Counted from the stretch's first letter, positions 45,890-55,761 are shown. The stretch: DNA of 64,000 nt from an uncultured Oscillospiraceae bacterium (GCA_910579125.1 CAJTTH010000015.1:777-64776); one strand, 5' to 3'. Made by a program: numbers and translations. The notes: a model not told the origin generated them from the sequence alone.

Positions 45890-48800
45890 TTAATTCGTAA
45901 CTCCGTCCAGCTCGTCGGTAAGCTCCTGTCTCAACAGCCGCGACACGCCCTTTTCCTGCATAAATACGCCGTACAGCACCGAGCAGCCCTCGATAGTGCC
46001 GCGGCGGTGCGAGATTATCATAAGCTGCGTGCGGCGGCTGAAGCGGTTCAGATAGCCGATGTACTTCTCGACGTTCACAACGTCAAGCGCCGCGTCAACC
46101 TCGTCGAGCATGCAGAACGGAGTGGGACGGTGCATAAGTATCGCGAAATAGATCGTGATAGCGACCATAGTCTGCTCGCCGCCCGACAGAGAAATAAGGT
46201 TCTTTATGACCTTTCCCGGAGGCGCGGCGTTTATTTCGATACCCGAACTGAGCACGTCGTCGGGGTTGGTAAGCTCCAGCTCCGCGTGCGCGCCCGGACC
46301 GAAAATCTGCACAAATATCTCCTTGAAGTGCTTGTTGATATCGTAAAAGCTCTCCAGAAACTGCTTTTTAATGTCGCTTGTAAGCTGCTCTATCAGCTTT
46401 TCAAGCTCGCGCTTAGCGTCCTCGATATCGCGCAGCTGCGCCGACTGGAACTCGTACCGCTGCGAAACTATCTCATACTCCTCGATACTCTCCATATTGA
46501 CGATACCCATGGCGCTTATGCGCTTGGAAAGCTCTGTAAGCTCGTTCTCGGCGGCGAGCAGATTTTCCGGAAGCTCCGCCTGCTCCGCAGCCTGCGAAAC
46601 GGTAAGCTCGTAGCTGTCGAAAAGCAGCGCGACAATCTTGTCGTATTCCTTTTGCAGCGCCACTTGACGTTCGTCAAGCCTTGCGACCTCGCGCGTAAAT
46701 TTTTCCTTATTGCGGTTAGCTTCGGCGATCTCCTGATGCAGCTCGTTGATACGCTTGTCGAACGCGTTTATCTCGCCTGTGAGCGCCGTGATCTCTTCGC
46801 TTTTCTCGGAGATCTCACCGCTACCCGCTTCGATCTCGCGCTTAACGCGCTCTATCTTCTCGCGGATAACGCGGTCGCTCTCGTCAAGCTCTTTCATCGC
46901 CTGCTGATAGCCGCCGCTGCTTTCGATGAGCGTTCTGCGGTTGTCCTCGATATTCTTTATCTGCTGGCGCATAAGGTCTATCTCGTGAAGCGCGTCCAGC
47001 CTGTCGTTGTTGAATTTCAGTATTTTTTCGGATATTTCGGCGATCTTGTTTTCCGCCTCGGTGCGCTCGCCGCTCTGCTCCTCGTGCTTCTTTTCGAGTT
47101 CGTCTATTTTCACCGACAGCGCCGAAATTTCCTTTTCGGCAGCGGCGATTATATCGGTCTGCTGCTTCAGCTGAGCGTCGAAGCGCAGCAGCGTCTGGCG
47201 CGAGCTTTCACCCTGATTTTCAAGCTGATCGATCAGGCTCGTCAATCTGGAAATATCCGCGCTCGTGCGTATATCCTCCTGCTCCAGCTCGCGTATCCTG
47301 TCCGCCATTCCCTCAGTCTCGATAGTGAACTTCGCGACCTCGGCTCTGTAGCGCTCAAACTCCTCGTTTTTCTCCTTTGCGCTCTCGCGGAGCTTTGTTA
47401 TCTCGCCGTAAAGCGCGTCAAGCTCCTGCTTGCGCGAAATAATGCTGTTCTTGTTCACGCGAGAACCGCCCGTAAACGAACCGCCCGCGTTGACTATCTG
47501 ACCGTCCAGCGTAACGATACGGAATTTGTAGCCGTACTTCTTGCCGATAACGGTCGCTGTGTCGATATCGTCAACGACCGCCGTAAGCCCGAGAAGATTA
47601 CCGATAATCTGCGCGTATTCGTCTCCGCACTCCACAAGTTCACTGGCAATGCCCTCGAAACCCGCCTCGTTCTGCAAACGCGGCTCATTAAGACGTCTGC
47701 CCTTCATCGAGGTAAGCGGATAAAACGTCGCGCGCCCCGCGTTCGTTTCCTTTAAAAAGCGGATACAGCGGTTCGCGGTCTCCTCGTTGTCAACGATAAC
47801 GTTCTGCATGACCGACTGCAAAGCCGTTTCTATCGCGACAACGTACTTTTCGGGAACTGTAATAACGTCCGCCACTATGCCGTGAATACCCGTAAGTCTG
47901 CCCTGTTCACCCGCCGTGATTATCTCCTTTACGGCGCGGGAATAGCCCTCCTTGCTCTTCTCGATATCGGAGAGCACCTTGTAGCGCTGCTGCTTCTCGC
48001 TGAGCTTGGAATTAGCCTCATCGAGAGCCGTCCGCGCCTCGTTAAGACGCTTTCGCTTACCCTCGGCAAGGCGTTCCATACCCGAGGCTCTGTTCTGCGC
48101 CGCCGCCTTTTCCTCGGCATTTTTTTCGGCGTTTTTCCGAACCTCGGCAAGCTCGTTTTTGTAGCCGTTTATCTTATTCTCGCCCTCGGACAGATCCGCG
48201 AGAAAGTTATTTTTCTGTTCGGTTATGCCCTCCGAGGTGCGTCTTGCCTGCGACGCGGCAAGCTCCTGTTTTGTCTGCTCGGCACGCGCCGCGGCTATTT
48301 CGCTTTCAAGCGCCGAATACTCTGCACCTGCCTCGGTGTTCTGCTTGGAAATCTCGTCCAGCTTATCCTGCAATTCGCGCGACTGCCTTTCAAATTCGTC
48401 CGCGCTTGACTGCTTTTCGGAGATTTCCGCGTTTATCCGCTCTATCTGCGTATCGAACGTGCGGCTGTTCTGCTCGGCGTTCTTCAATTGCTCCGTAAGC
48501 TCCTCGCGGCGCTGAACGTTGTGCTTGAGGTCGTTCTCCGCGACCGAGATAGCCGAGCGCTTCTCAGCAAGCTCGTCGTTAGCGCTCTGAATACTCGAAC
48601 GCACGCGCTCAAGCCGTCCCTGTGCGGACAGCTTATCGTCGCCGAATTTTTCTATCTGCTCCTCCGCCTTTTCGATGTCTCTCTCAAAATGCTCGCACTC
48701 GCCCTTGTTGAGCAGCAAGTCGTCATTCAGTTTGGCGAGTTCACCGCGCTTTTCGTTAAGTCGCGCGACGGAGACTGATATTTCAAGTTCCTTTTTCTGT

Positions 48801-49459
48801 GCCAGCAGCTCCGACGCGAGTATTGCCTTTTCCGACTGCTTTTTCAGTATCGGCAGACGCTCCTCGTCAACGCGTATCAGATCGCGCTGGCGGATAATAT
48901 TCTCCTCCGCTTGGGCGAGCTGCTTTTCCGCGTCGGCTTTCTTGTGGAGGAACAACGAAACTCCCGCAGCCTCCTCGAAAATTTCGCGGCGCTGAGTGTC
49001 GCGCGCGTTGATTATCTCGGCAACTCTGCCCTGTCCGATTATCGAGTAGCCGTCGCGCCCGAGACCCGTGCCCATAAGCAGCTCCTGAATATCGCGCAGA
49101 CGCGATTTTTTGCCGTTTATAAGATACTCGCTCTCGCCCGAACGGTACAGCTTTCGCGAAATGACGACCTCGTCCTCGGCAACGGACAGCGCTCTGTCGG
49201 AGTTGTCGATAGTAAGCGCCACCCTCGCGAAGCCCATGGGCTTACGCTCGACAGTGCCGTGGAAGATAACGTCCTCCATTTTCTCACCGCGCAGAGTTTT
49301 AGCGCCCTGCTCGCCCATGACCCACCGCAGCGCGTCCGAAATATTACTTTTTCCGTTGCCGTTCGAGCCGACGACCGCCGTGGTTTTCGTGTCGAACGTC
49401 AGCACAGTCTTGTCGGCAAACGACTTGAAGCCTTGAATTTCCAGAGTTTTAAAAAGCAT
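45890..49459 (-). CDS. smc: Chromosome segregation protein SMC
   Basis: 1189 aa. Walker A GSNGNGKSNISDA, long coiled coils, a hinge, and C-terminal LSGGEQTMVAI plus DEVDAALD. Confidence 0.95.
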   Translation of the reverse strand: MLFKTLEIQGFKSFADKTVLTFDTKTTAVVGSNGNGKSNISDALRWVMGEQGAKTLRGEKMEDVIFHGTVERKPMGFARVALTIDNSDRALSVAEDEVVISRKLYRSGESEYLINGKKSRLRDIQELLMGTGLGRDGYSIIGQGRVAEIINARDTQRREIFEEAAGVSLFLHKKADAEKQLAQAEENIIRQRDLIRVDEERLPILKKQSEKAILASELLAQKKELEISVSVARLNEKRGELAKLNDDLLLNKGECEHFERDIEKAEEQIEKFGDDKLSAQGRLERVRSSIQSANDELAEKRSAISVAENDLKHNVQRREELTEQLKNAEQNSRTFDTQIERINAEISEKQSSADEFERQSRELQDKLDEISKQNTEAGAEYSALESEIAAARAEQTKQELAASQARRTSEGITEQKNNFLADLSEGENKINGYKNELAEVRKNAEKNAEEKAAAQNRASGMERLAEGKRKRLNEARTALDEANSKLSEKQQRYKVLSDIEKSKEGYSRAVKEIITAGEQGRLTGIHGIVADVITVPEKYVVAIETALQSVMQNVIVDNEETANRCIRFLKETNAGRATFYPLTSMKGRRLNEPRLQNEAGFEGIASELVECGDEYAQIIGNLLGLTAVVDDIDTATVIGKKYGYKFRIVTLDGQIVNAGGSFTGGSRVNKNSIISRKQELDALYGEITKLRESAKEKNEEFERYRAEVAKFTIETEGMADRIRELEQEDIRTSADISRLTSLIDQLENQGESSRQTLLRFDAQLKQQTDIIAAAEKEISALSVKIDELEKKHEEQSGERTEAENKIAEISEKILKFNNDRLDALHEIDLMRQQIKNIEDNRRTLIESSGGYQQAMKELDESDRVIREKIERVKREIEAGSGEISEKSEEITALTGEINAFDKRINELHQEIAEANRNKEKFTREVARLDERQVALQKEYDKIVALLFDSYELTVSQAAEQAELPENLLAAENELTELSKRISAMGIVNMESIEEYEIVSQRYEFQSAQLRDIEDAKRELEKLIEQLTSDIKKQFLESFYDINKHFKEIFVQIFGPGAHAELELTNPDDVLSSGIEINAAPPGKVIKNLISLSGGEQTMVAITIYFAILMHRPTPFCMLDEVDAALDVVNVEKYIGYLNRFSRRTQLMIISHRRGTIEGCSVLYGVFMQEKGVSRLLRQELTDELDGVTN

Positions 49460-50460
49460 TAACTCTCCTTTTTCGGAACGATCTCGAGCACCGCGCCCTC
49501 ACGCTCCCGTACCTCTATATTATATCCGAACGCGGACAATCTGCGGACGTTTTCGCGCTTCTGTCCTATCGTGCGGCTGATGTTTTTCTTATCCGTAAAA
49601 ATCGTGTAATCGCCTTGCGGAAACGCGTTCAGGCGTTCCGTAAGCTCCGAAAGCACTATCCTGCTTTCAACTATCGCGCGCAGTGCTGGGTGATAAACGC
49701 CGCCGAGCATTTCGCGCTCAACGTCAGAACTTGCGTGCAGTCCGAGACGTATCACGCGGATATTGTTACGCTCAAATTTTTTCAGCAGCTCCACGCACAA
49801 GTCCACCGTTTCGTCAAATGGAAACGACCTGTATTCACCGCTCTCGAAAAGCTCCCCGAGACGGGTATTTTTCAATATCACGGTCGGGTAGACACGCACG
49901 ATTTTCGGCGCGAGCTTTATAAACTCGTCCGCCGTTTCAAGGCAGCGCTCGGGCGTATCCTTGTACAGCCCCGTCATCATCTGCAAGCCCAATTCAATGC
50001 CGCTCTGCTTTATCAGCGCGGCGGCTCTGCGGACGTCCTCGGCGGTATGTCCGCGTTCGTTCGCGAGCAGAACCTCGTCGTTCATCGACTGCGCGCCAAG
50101 CTCGACCGACGTTACGCCGTAACACCTGAGAATATCGGCGATCTCCCCGTCAACGCAGTCCGGGCGCGTTGAGCAGCGAATTCCCGTATAGCACGGAAAC
50201 CGCTTCACAGCCGCCATTGCGGTATCGAGGAGCTCCAGCATATAACCGCGCGGAACAGCCGTAAAGCTGCCGCCGAAAAACGCGATCTCCGCCGCCATTC
50301 CGCGCTCCGCGAGATGCTCCGCCTGCTCCTCGAGAACCGTGCGGACCTGCTCCGCGGTCGGCGCGGAAAGCTCCCCCGTAATGCTCCGCTGGTCGCAGAA
50401 ACTGCATTTATGCGGACAGCCGATATGCGGAATAAAAATTGAAATATTAGTCTGTTTCAT
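49459..50460 (-). CDS. Radical SAM protein (ELP3/HemN-like family)
   Basis: 333 aa with the CPHKCSFCDQ CxxxCxxC motif near the N-terminus. Lies between rnc and smc. Confidence 0.8.
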   Translation of the reverse strand: MKQTNISIFIPHIGCPHKCSFCDQRSITGELSAPTAEQVRTVLEEQAEHLAERGMAAEIAFFGGSFTAVPRGYMLELLDTAMAAVKRFPCYTGIRCSTRPDCVDGEIADILRCYGVTSVELGAQSMNDEVLLANERGHTAEDVRRAAALIKQSGIELGLQMMTGLYKDTPERCLETADEFIKLAPKIVRVYPTVILKNTRLGELFESGEYRSFPFDETVDLCVELLKKFERNNIRVIRLGLHASSDVEREMLGGVYHPALRAIVESRIVLSELTERLNAFPQGDYTIFTDKKNISRTIGQKRENVRRLSAFGYNIEVREREGAVLEIVPKKES

Positions 50461-51154
50461 AGCCCATCAGCTTTACAGCTTCCTTTGCGGCGGCTTGCTC
50501 GGCCTCCTTTTTGGACTGCCCGCTGCCGCTGCCGATAGTTTGTCCGTTGAGCAAAACGTCCGCGAAAAACGTTTTGTGGTGCGACTGCTCCTCATTTTCC
50601 GTGACGTTGTAGGAAATATGCTCCTCGGGGTTCTGCTGGATTATCTCCTGTAAAATAGTCTTGTAGTCGCCGAGCCGCACCTTTCCCGACTTCAGCGCTT
50701 CGACGCTCGGCACGAACGACATTATCATTTTCGTTGACTCCTCCGAACCGCCGTCAAGGTAGACCGCCGCGATAAGCGCCTCAAACGCGTCCGCGAGTAT
50801 CGAGCGCCTATCGCGGCCGCCCGTCATTTCCTCGCCCTTGCCGAGATAAATGTACTTTCCGAGGTCGATGCGCTTCGCGAAATTGTACAGCGAATTTTCG
50901 CAGACGATAGACGCGCGGAGCCTTGTCAGACCGCCCTCGGGAACGGTCGTCATATTCGTGAACAGATACTGAGAAACGGTTATCTGCAGCACCGCGTCGC
51001 CCAGAAACTCCAACCGCTCGTTGCTGCCGTTGTTTTTTCCGCCCGAGTAGCTGGAATGTGTCAGCGCGCGTTTCAGATAGCTGCGTTCGCTGAACTTGTA
51101 GCCGATCTTCTCTTCAAGCTCGTCAAGCGCGCTGATATCAGCCATTTTCCGCAA
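50447..51154 (-). CDS. rnc: Ribonuclease III
   Basis: 235 aa with the ERLEFLGDAVL signature and a C-terminal dsRBD. The start may instead be MADIS at 51145. Confidence 0.95.
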   Translation of the reverse strand: MRKMADISALDELEEKIGYKFSERSYLKRALTHSSYSGGKNNGSNERLEFLGDAVLQITVSQYLFTNMTTVPEGGLTRLRASIVCENSLYNFAKRIDLGKYIYLGKGEEMTGGRDRRSILADAFEALIAAVYLDGGSEESTKMIMSFVPSVEALKSGKVRLGDYKTILQEIIQQNPEEHISYNVTENEEQSHHKTFFADVLLNGQTIGSGSGQSKKEAEQAAAKEAVKLMGYETD

Positions 51155-52151
51155 CCTCCTCCAGTGCCGAGACCGCCTTGGTCATTTCCTCGATAGCGTT
51201 GTTCTCAACAAACATTTTCGCCTGTCTGAACGCTCCGAAAAACGCCTTTGCGTCGCTGCTGCCGTGCGCCTTGAAAACGGGCTTTGCCGTGCCGAGCAGC
51301 GGCGAGCCGCCTATCTCCTTGTAGTCCATTTGCTTGGTGAACTCGGTCAGTCTCGACTTCACGCACAACGCGCCGAGCTTGGTAAGGATATTCGCGAAGA
51401 ACATCGACTTCAGCGCGTCCTTCATAAGTACGCCCATGCCCTCGCAGGCCTTGAGGAAAACGTTCCCCGTAAAACCGTCCGTTATCAGTACGTCCACCGC
51501 ACCGAGCGGCACCTCGCGCGCCTCAACGTATCCCACGAAGTTGACGGGCGTTTTCTCAAGCAGCGCCTTTGTTTCGTGCTCCAGCTCGCGTCCCTTTTCC
51601 TCCTCCGTGCCGTTGTTGAGCAAGCCCACGCGCGGATTTTCAACGCTCATGGTCGTTTTCATGAAGCAGCTGCCGAGTATCGCGAAAAGACGCAGCATTT
51701 CGGGCGTGCAGTTGATGTTCGCGCCGCCGTCGAGAACACAGAAGCGCTTTCCTCCCGAACACGGCATGAGCGGCACGAGCGCCGCCTTTTTTACGCCGTT
51801 TATCCGTTTCGCGTAGGTGCGCCCGCCGACCACGATAGCCGCCGTGCTGCCCGCCGATATGAACGCGTCCGCTTCTCCGTCCGCGAGCATTTTGAACGCC
51901 ACTCCCATTGACGTGCCGCTCTTCTGCTTTGCGACGGACATGGGGTTGTCCTCGGTCGTGATAACGCCCTCTGCGGGCACTAATTCAATACCGTTTTCTG
52001 AAATCTTCAGCGCCGCCATACGGCTTTTAAGCACATCTACCTCGCCCGTTACGGCAACATCGATCCCCAGCCCCTTGACCGCGAGAGCCGCGCCCTTTAA
52101 AATTTCGTCGGGAGCGTTGTCACCGCCGAAACCGTCTATTACTATCTTCAT
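51138..52151 (-). CDS. plsX: Phosphate acyltransferase PlsX
   Basis: 337 aa with the MKIVIDGFGGDNAP N-terminus. Confidence 0.95.
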   Translation of the reverse strand: MKIVIDGFGGDNAPDEILKGAALAVKGLGIDVAVTGEVDVLKSRMAALKISENGIELVPAEGVITTEDNPMSVAKQKSGTSMGVAFKMLADGEADAFISAGSTAAIVVGGRTYAKRINGVKKAALVPLMPCSGGKRFCVLDGGANINCTPEMLRLFAILGSCFMKTTMSVENPRVGLLNNGTEEEKGRELEHETKALLEKTPVNFVGYVEAREVPLGAVDVLITDGFTGNVFLKACEGMGVLMKDALKSMFFANILTKLGALCVKSRLTEFTKQMDYKEIGGSPLLGTAKPVFKAHGSSDAKAFFGAFRQAKMFVENNAIEEMTKAVSALEEVAENG

Positions 52152-52210
52152 AATTACTCCTTATTTGAAAGGCAAAAACTCGCACCGGACGGCTTCGCCG
52201 TCCTAGCCGA
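52152..52210 (-). repeat. Leader module copy A (GC hairpin, U-run and SD) directly upstream of plsX
   Basis: Minus-sense TCGGCTAGGACGGCgaaGCCGTCCGGTGCGAGTTTTTGCCTTTCAAATAAGGAGTAATT-ATG. About 40 of 45 core positions match 63956-64000. Confidence 0.75.
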
Positions 52211-52349
52211 GCAGTATTGTCTCCGCTCCGCTCGCTTTGCTCGCTTCTCTGCGGCAATACTGCTCGCTTGCGATTTTTGCCGCTGCAACAATTTATTTGC
52301 TGCATTTTTTTGCAGGAACTTTTGCCGCTGCATCTGTTGAAAAAGCGAT

Positions 52350-53669
52350 TTATCGCTTCAGAGCCTTGTCCAGATCGCCGAGCGCTCTTTCGGCAAGCGC
52401 CGCGTACTTTCTCTGTTTGCCGTCCTTACCTCGGAATTCCTCGTCAAGCGGCGGCAGTATTCCCATATTGCTGCCCATAGGCTGAAAATTGCACTCCCAA
52501 GCGTGCGCCACATAATCGCTCAGCGCACCGAGCATGGTCGTTCCGGGGAACGTCAGCGGCTCTTTTCCGTCCAGGATATCCGCGAGCGCTCTGCCCGCCA
52601 TAATGCCGCTTGCCGCGCTCTCAACGTAGCCCTCCACGCCCGTTATCTGTCCGCCGAAGAACACGTTCTCCGAGCCTTTCAGCATAAAATGCTCGTCCAG
52701 CAGACGCGGACTGTTCAAAAACGTGTTGCGGTGCATAACGCCGTACCGCGCGAACTCCGCGTTCGCAAGCCCCGGGATGAGCGAAAACACCCGTTTCTGC
52801 TCGCCGAATTTGAGATTTGTCTGAAATCCCACGATATTGTACAGCGTTCCCTCGGCGTTCTCCTTGCGGAGCTGCACCGCCGCGAACGGACGCGTTCCCG
52901 TGCGCGGGTCGGTAAGTCCGACAGGCTTCATACAGCCGTAGCGAACACTGTCGTAACCGCGCTTCGCAAGCACCTCAACGGGCATACAGCCCTCGTAAAC
53001 CTTTAATCCCTTAGCCTCGGACGGCACGTCAAACTCGTGAAGAGGCGCGGTCTCCGCGTTTACAAGCGAGTTGTAAAATATCTCGTACTCCTCGCGGTTC
53101 ATAGGGCAGTTGACGTAATCCGCGCCGCCATGGTCGTACCGTGACTGCTCGAACGCTATCGAAAAATCAATGCTCTCGGCGGTCACGATAGGCGCAGCCG
53201 CGTCGTAAAAGCTGAGATAGTCGCCGCAGCGCCCGCGTATCTTGTCGGCCAAGCCGTCGCTCGTGAGCGGTCCCGTGCAAATTATCGCATTTTTATCGGG
53301 AAATTCCGTGACTTCCTCATACTTTACCGTAATCTTCGGGTGAGATCTCACGACGCGCGTCACCTCGTCCGAAAATGCTGTGCGGTTCACCGCGAGCGCA
53401 CCGCCGGCCGGCACGGAAGTTTTTTCGGCAGCTGCGCAGATCACCGAGCCGAGCCGCCGCATTTCCTCTTTCAGCAGACCGCACGCGCTGTCCACTCTCG
53501 CAGATTTCAGCGAATTGGAGCAGACCAGCTCCGCGAAGCCCTCATATTTATGCGCGGGTGAATATTTATTCGGTTTCATCTCGTACAGTTCAACCGAAAA
53601 ACCGCGTTGTGCAAGCTGCATTGCCGCCTCGCAGCCCGCAAGCCCCGCGCCTATAACCTTAACCTTCAT
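52350..53669 (-). CDS. trmFO: Methylenetetrahydrofolate--tRNA-(uracil-5-)-methyltransferase TrmFO
   Basis: FAD motif MKVKVIGAGLAGCEAA. The true start at 53669 overlaps the topA stop. The track ORF start at 53792 is an extension inside topA. Confidence 0.9.
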   Translation of the reverse strand: MKVKVIGAGLAGCEAAMQLAQRGFSVELYEMKPNKYSPAHKYEGFAELVCSNSLKSARVDSACGLLKEEMRRLGSVICAAAEKTSVPAGGALAVNRTAFSDEVTRVVRSHPKITVKYEEVTEFPDKNAIICTGPLTSDGLADKIRGRCGDYLSFYDAAAPIVTAESIDFSIAFEQSRYDHGGADYVNCPMNREEYEIFYNSLVNAETAPLHEFDVPSEAKGLKVYEGCMPVEVLAKRGYDSVRYGCMKPVGLTDPRTGTRPFAAVQLRKENAEGTLYNIVGFQTNLKFGEQKRVFSLIPGLANAEFARYGVMHRNTFLNSPRLLDEHFMLKGSENVFFGGQITGVEGYVESAASGIMAGRALADILDGKEPLTFPGTTMLGALSDYVAHAWECNFQPMGSNMGILPPLDEEFRGKDGKQRKYAALAERALGDLDKALKR

Positions 53670-55761
53670 TGTTATCCTTTGCGTTGTCCAAAGGACGCTC
53701 GTATCCGCAGCCGTCCTTCTGGCAATATATCTTGCCGAGCCTGCCCGTTTTCTTGAACAAGCTCGATCCGCACTGCGGACATTTTTCCTCAAGCGGCATA
53801 TCCCATGTCATAAAGTTACAGTCCTTGAAATTCTCGCAGCCGTAGAACGGCTTGCCTTTCTTGGACTTTTTCAGCAGCATTTTCGCGCCGCACTTCGGGC
53901 ACAAGCCCTTTGTCTCAGTGACTATCTTCTTCGTGAACTTGCACTCGGGGAAGCCCGAGCACCCGAGGAATTTTCCGTAAGGACCGATCTTGATGACCAT
54001 ATTTTTTCCGCACTGCTCACAGATAATATCGGTAGGCTCGTCGGGCACTTTCAGGTGCTTGCCCTCCATGTCCTGCTCCGCTTTTTCGAGCGACTTCGCG
54101 AAGCCCTTGTAGAAGCCGTCGAGCGTCTCCACCCAATTCTTTGTGCCCTTTTCGATGTTGTCAAGGCTGGTCTCCATTTTCGCGGTGAACTTCACATCGA
54201 CGATATTGTTGAACTTCTCCTTAAGCAGCCCCGTAATTACTTCGCCAAGCGGCGTGGGCTTGAGCTGATTTCCATTTTCGCGCTCAACATAATGCCTGTC
54301 GAGGATAGTCGATATCGTCGGCGCGTAGGTGGACGGACGACCTATCCCGTTCTCCTCGAGCGCCTTTATCAGCGACGCCTCGTTGTACCTCGCGGGAGGC
54401 TGCGTAAAGTGCTGATTACCAAGAACCTCTTTTGCGTTCAGCTTCTCGCCCTTTTCAATCTTCGGCAGCGCGCCGCCCTGCTCCTCGTTGTCCTTGGACT
54501 CCTCGTAAAGCTTGGTAAAACCGTCAAACCTCACGGAATACCCGCTCGACTTGAACAGATAAGACTTCGCCGAAATATCGACCGACACCGTATCCATGAT
54601 CGCGTTCGCCATCTGGCTCGCCATAAAGCGCTCCCAGATGAGCTTATACAGCTTATACTGGTCGTTCGTGAGCGACTTCTTCACCTTTGACGGCGTAAGC
54701 TCGACGTTTGTTGGGCGTATAGCCTCATGCGCATCCTGCGCGTTGCTCTTTGACTTGTACGTGCGCGGCTTTTCGGGAAGATATTCCGCGCCGTATTCGT
54801 TCTTGATGACCTCGGCGGCGGCGGTTTTCGCCTCGTCCGAAATACGCAGGCTGTCCGTTCTCATATAGGTGATAAGACCGACAGCGCCCATTCCCTCAAC
54901 GTCAACGCCCTCGTACAGTTCCTGCGCGGTTTTCATCGTTCTCCGTGCCTGAAACGACAGCTTGCGGCTAGCCTCCTGCTGTAACGTCGAGGTCGTAAAC
55001 GGAGGCGCGGGCTGCTTTTTGCGCTGCGATTTTTTCAGGTTCGTAACGATAAAATCAGCGCCCTTGAGGTCGTCAAGTATCTTGTCGGCCTGCTCCTTGT
55101 TGTCGATCTGCGCCTTTTGTCCGTTTATCTCCGTGAGCTTCGCCGCGAACAGCTTCTTCGACGATGCCGCCGAGAGCTTTGCGTCAATGCTCCAGTATTC
55201 TGTGGACTTGAACGCGCGTATTTCCTCCTCACGGTCGACGATAATCCTAACCGCGACTGACTGCACGCGCCCCGCCGAAAGCCCTCTGCGCACCTTCTTC
55301 CACAAAAACGGCGAGAGCTTATAGCCAACAATTCTGTCAAGAATACGGCGCGTCTGCTGCGCGTTCACAACGTCCGTGTCAATAGTGCGCGGGTGGCTCA
55401 TACCGTACTGTACACCGGTTTTCGTTATCTCGTTGAACGTAACTCGTATTTTCGCCTTTTCGTCGATATTCAGCAAATGCGACAAATGCCACGCGATTGC
55501 CTCTCCCTCACGGTCCGGGTCGGTCGCGAGATAGATAATGTCGCTCTCCTTAGCGCGCTTTTTCAGCTCCTTGATAACGTCCGACTTGTCCTTCATATTG
55601 ACGTATTGCGGCTCGAAATTATTGTCCACGTCTACACCGAATTTCGACTTCGGGAGATCGATTATATGCCCTGTGGACGCCATTACTTCATAACCCGCGC
55701 CCAGGTATTTTTTAACGGTTTTCGCCTTTGACGGCGACTCGAGAATAACCAGATTTGCCAA
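53659..55761 (-). CDS. topA: DNA topoisomerase I
   Basis: TOPRIM N-terminus LVILESPSKAKT and three C-terminal zinc ribbons. The likely start is a TTG at 55761 with GGAGGAG 6 nt upstream. The track start at 55800 lacks an SD. Confidence 0.95.
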   Translation of the reverse strand: MANLVILESPSKAKTVKKYLGAGYEVMASTGHIIDLPKSKFGVDVDNNFEPQYVNMKDKSDVIKELKKRAKESDIIYLATDPDREGEAIAWHLSHLLNIDEKAKIRVTFNEITKTGVQYGMSHPRTIDTDVVNAQQTRRILDRIVGYKLSPFLWKKVRRGLSAGRVQSVAVRIIVDREEEIRAFKSTEYWSIDAKLSAASSKKLFAAKLTEINGQKAQIDNKEQADKILDDLKGADFIVTNLKKSQRKKQPAPPFTTSTLQQEASRKLSFQARRTMKTAQELYEGVDVEGMGAVGLITYMRTDSLRISDEAKTAAAEVIKNEYGAEYLPEKPRTYKSKSNAQDAHEAIRPTNVELTPSKVKKSLTNDQYKLYKLIWERFMASQMANAIMDTVSVDISAKSYLFKSSGYSVRFDGFTKLYEESKDNEEQGGALPKIEKGEKLNAKEVLGNQHFTQPPARYNEASLIKALEENGIGRPSTYAPTISTILDRHYVERENGNQLKPTPLGEVITGLLKEKFNNIVDVKFTAKMETSLDNIEKGTKNWVETLDGFYKGFAKSLEKAEQDMEGKHLKVPDEPTDIICEQCGKNMVIKIGPYGKFLGCSGFPECKFTKKIVTETKGLCPKCGAKMLLKKSKKGKPFYGCENFKDCNFMTWDMPLEEKCPQCGSSLFKKTGRLGKIYCQKDGCGYERPLDNAKDNNEG

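Noticed and set aside
52154-52333. The 59-codon basic ORF in the plsX leader as a candidate rpmF (L32) or other small ribosomal protein.
   Set aside because: It has no SD and no resemblance to L32 (no CxxC pair or MAVPKRK start). It also reads through hairpins that are shared with the non-homologous pheS leader. Kept only as a note inside a finding.
52277-52333. Direct repeats TGCAGCGGCAAAA x2 as a possible CRISPR or tandem array.
   Set aside because: There are only two 13-nt copies and no regular repeat-spacer architecture. No cas genes are present anywhere in the window.
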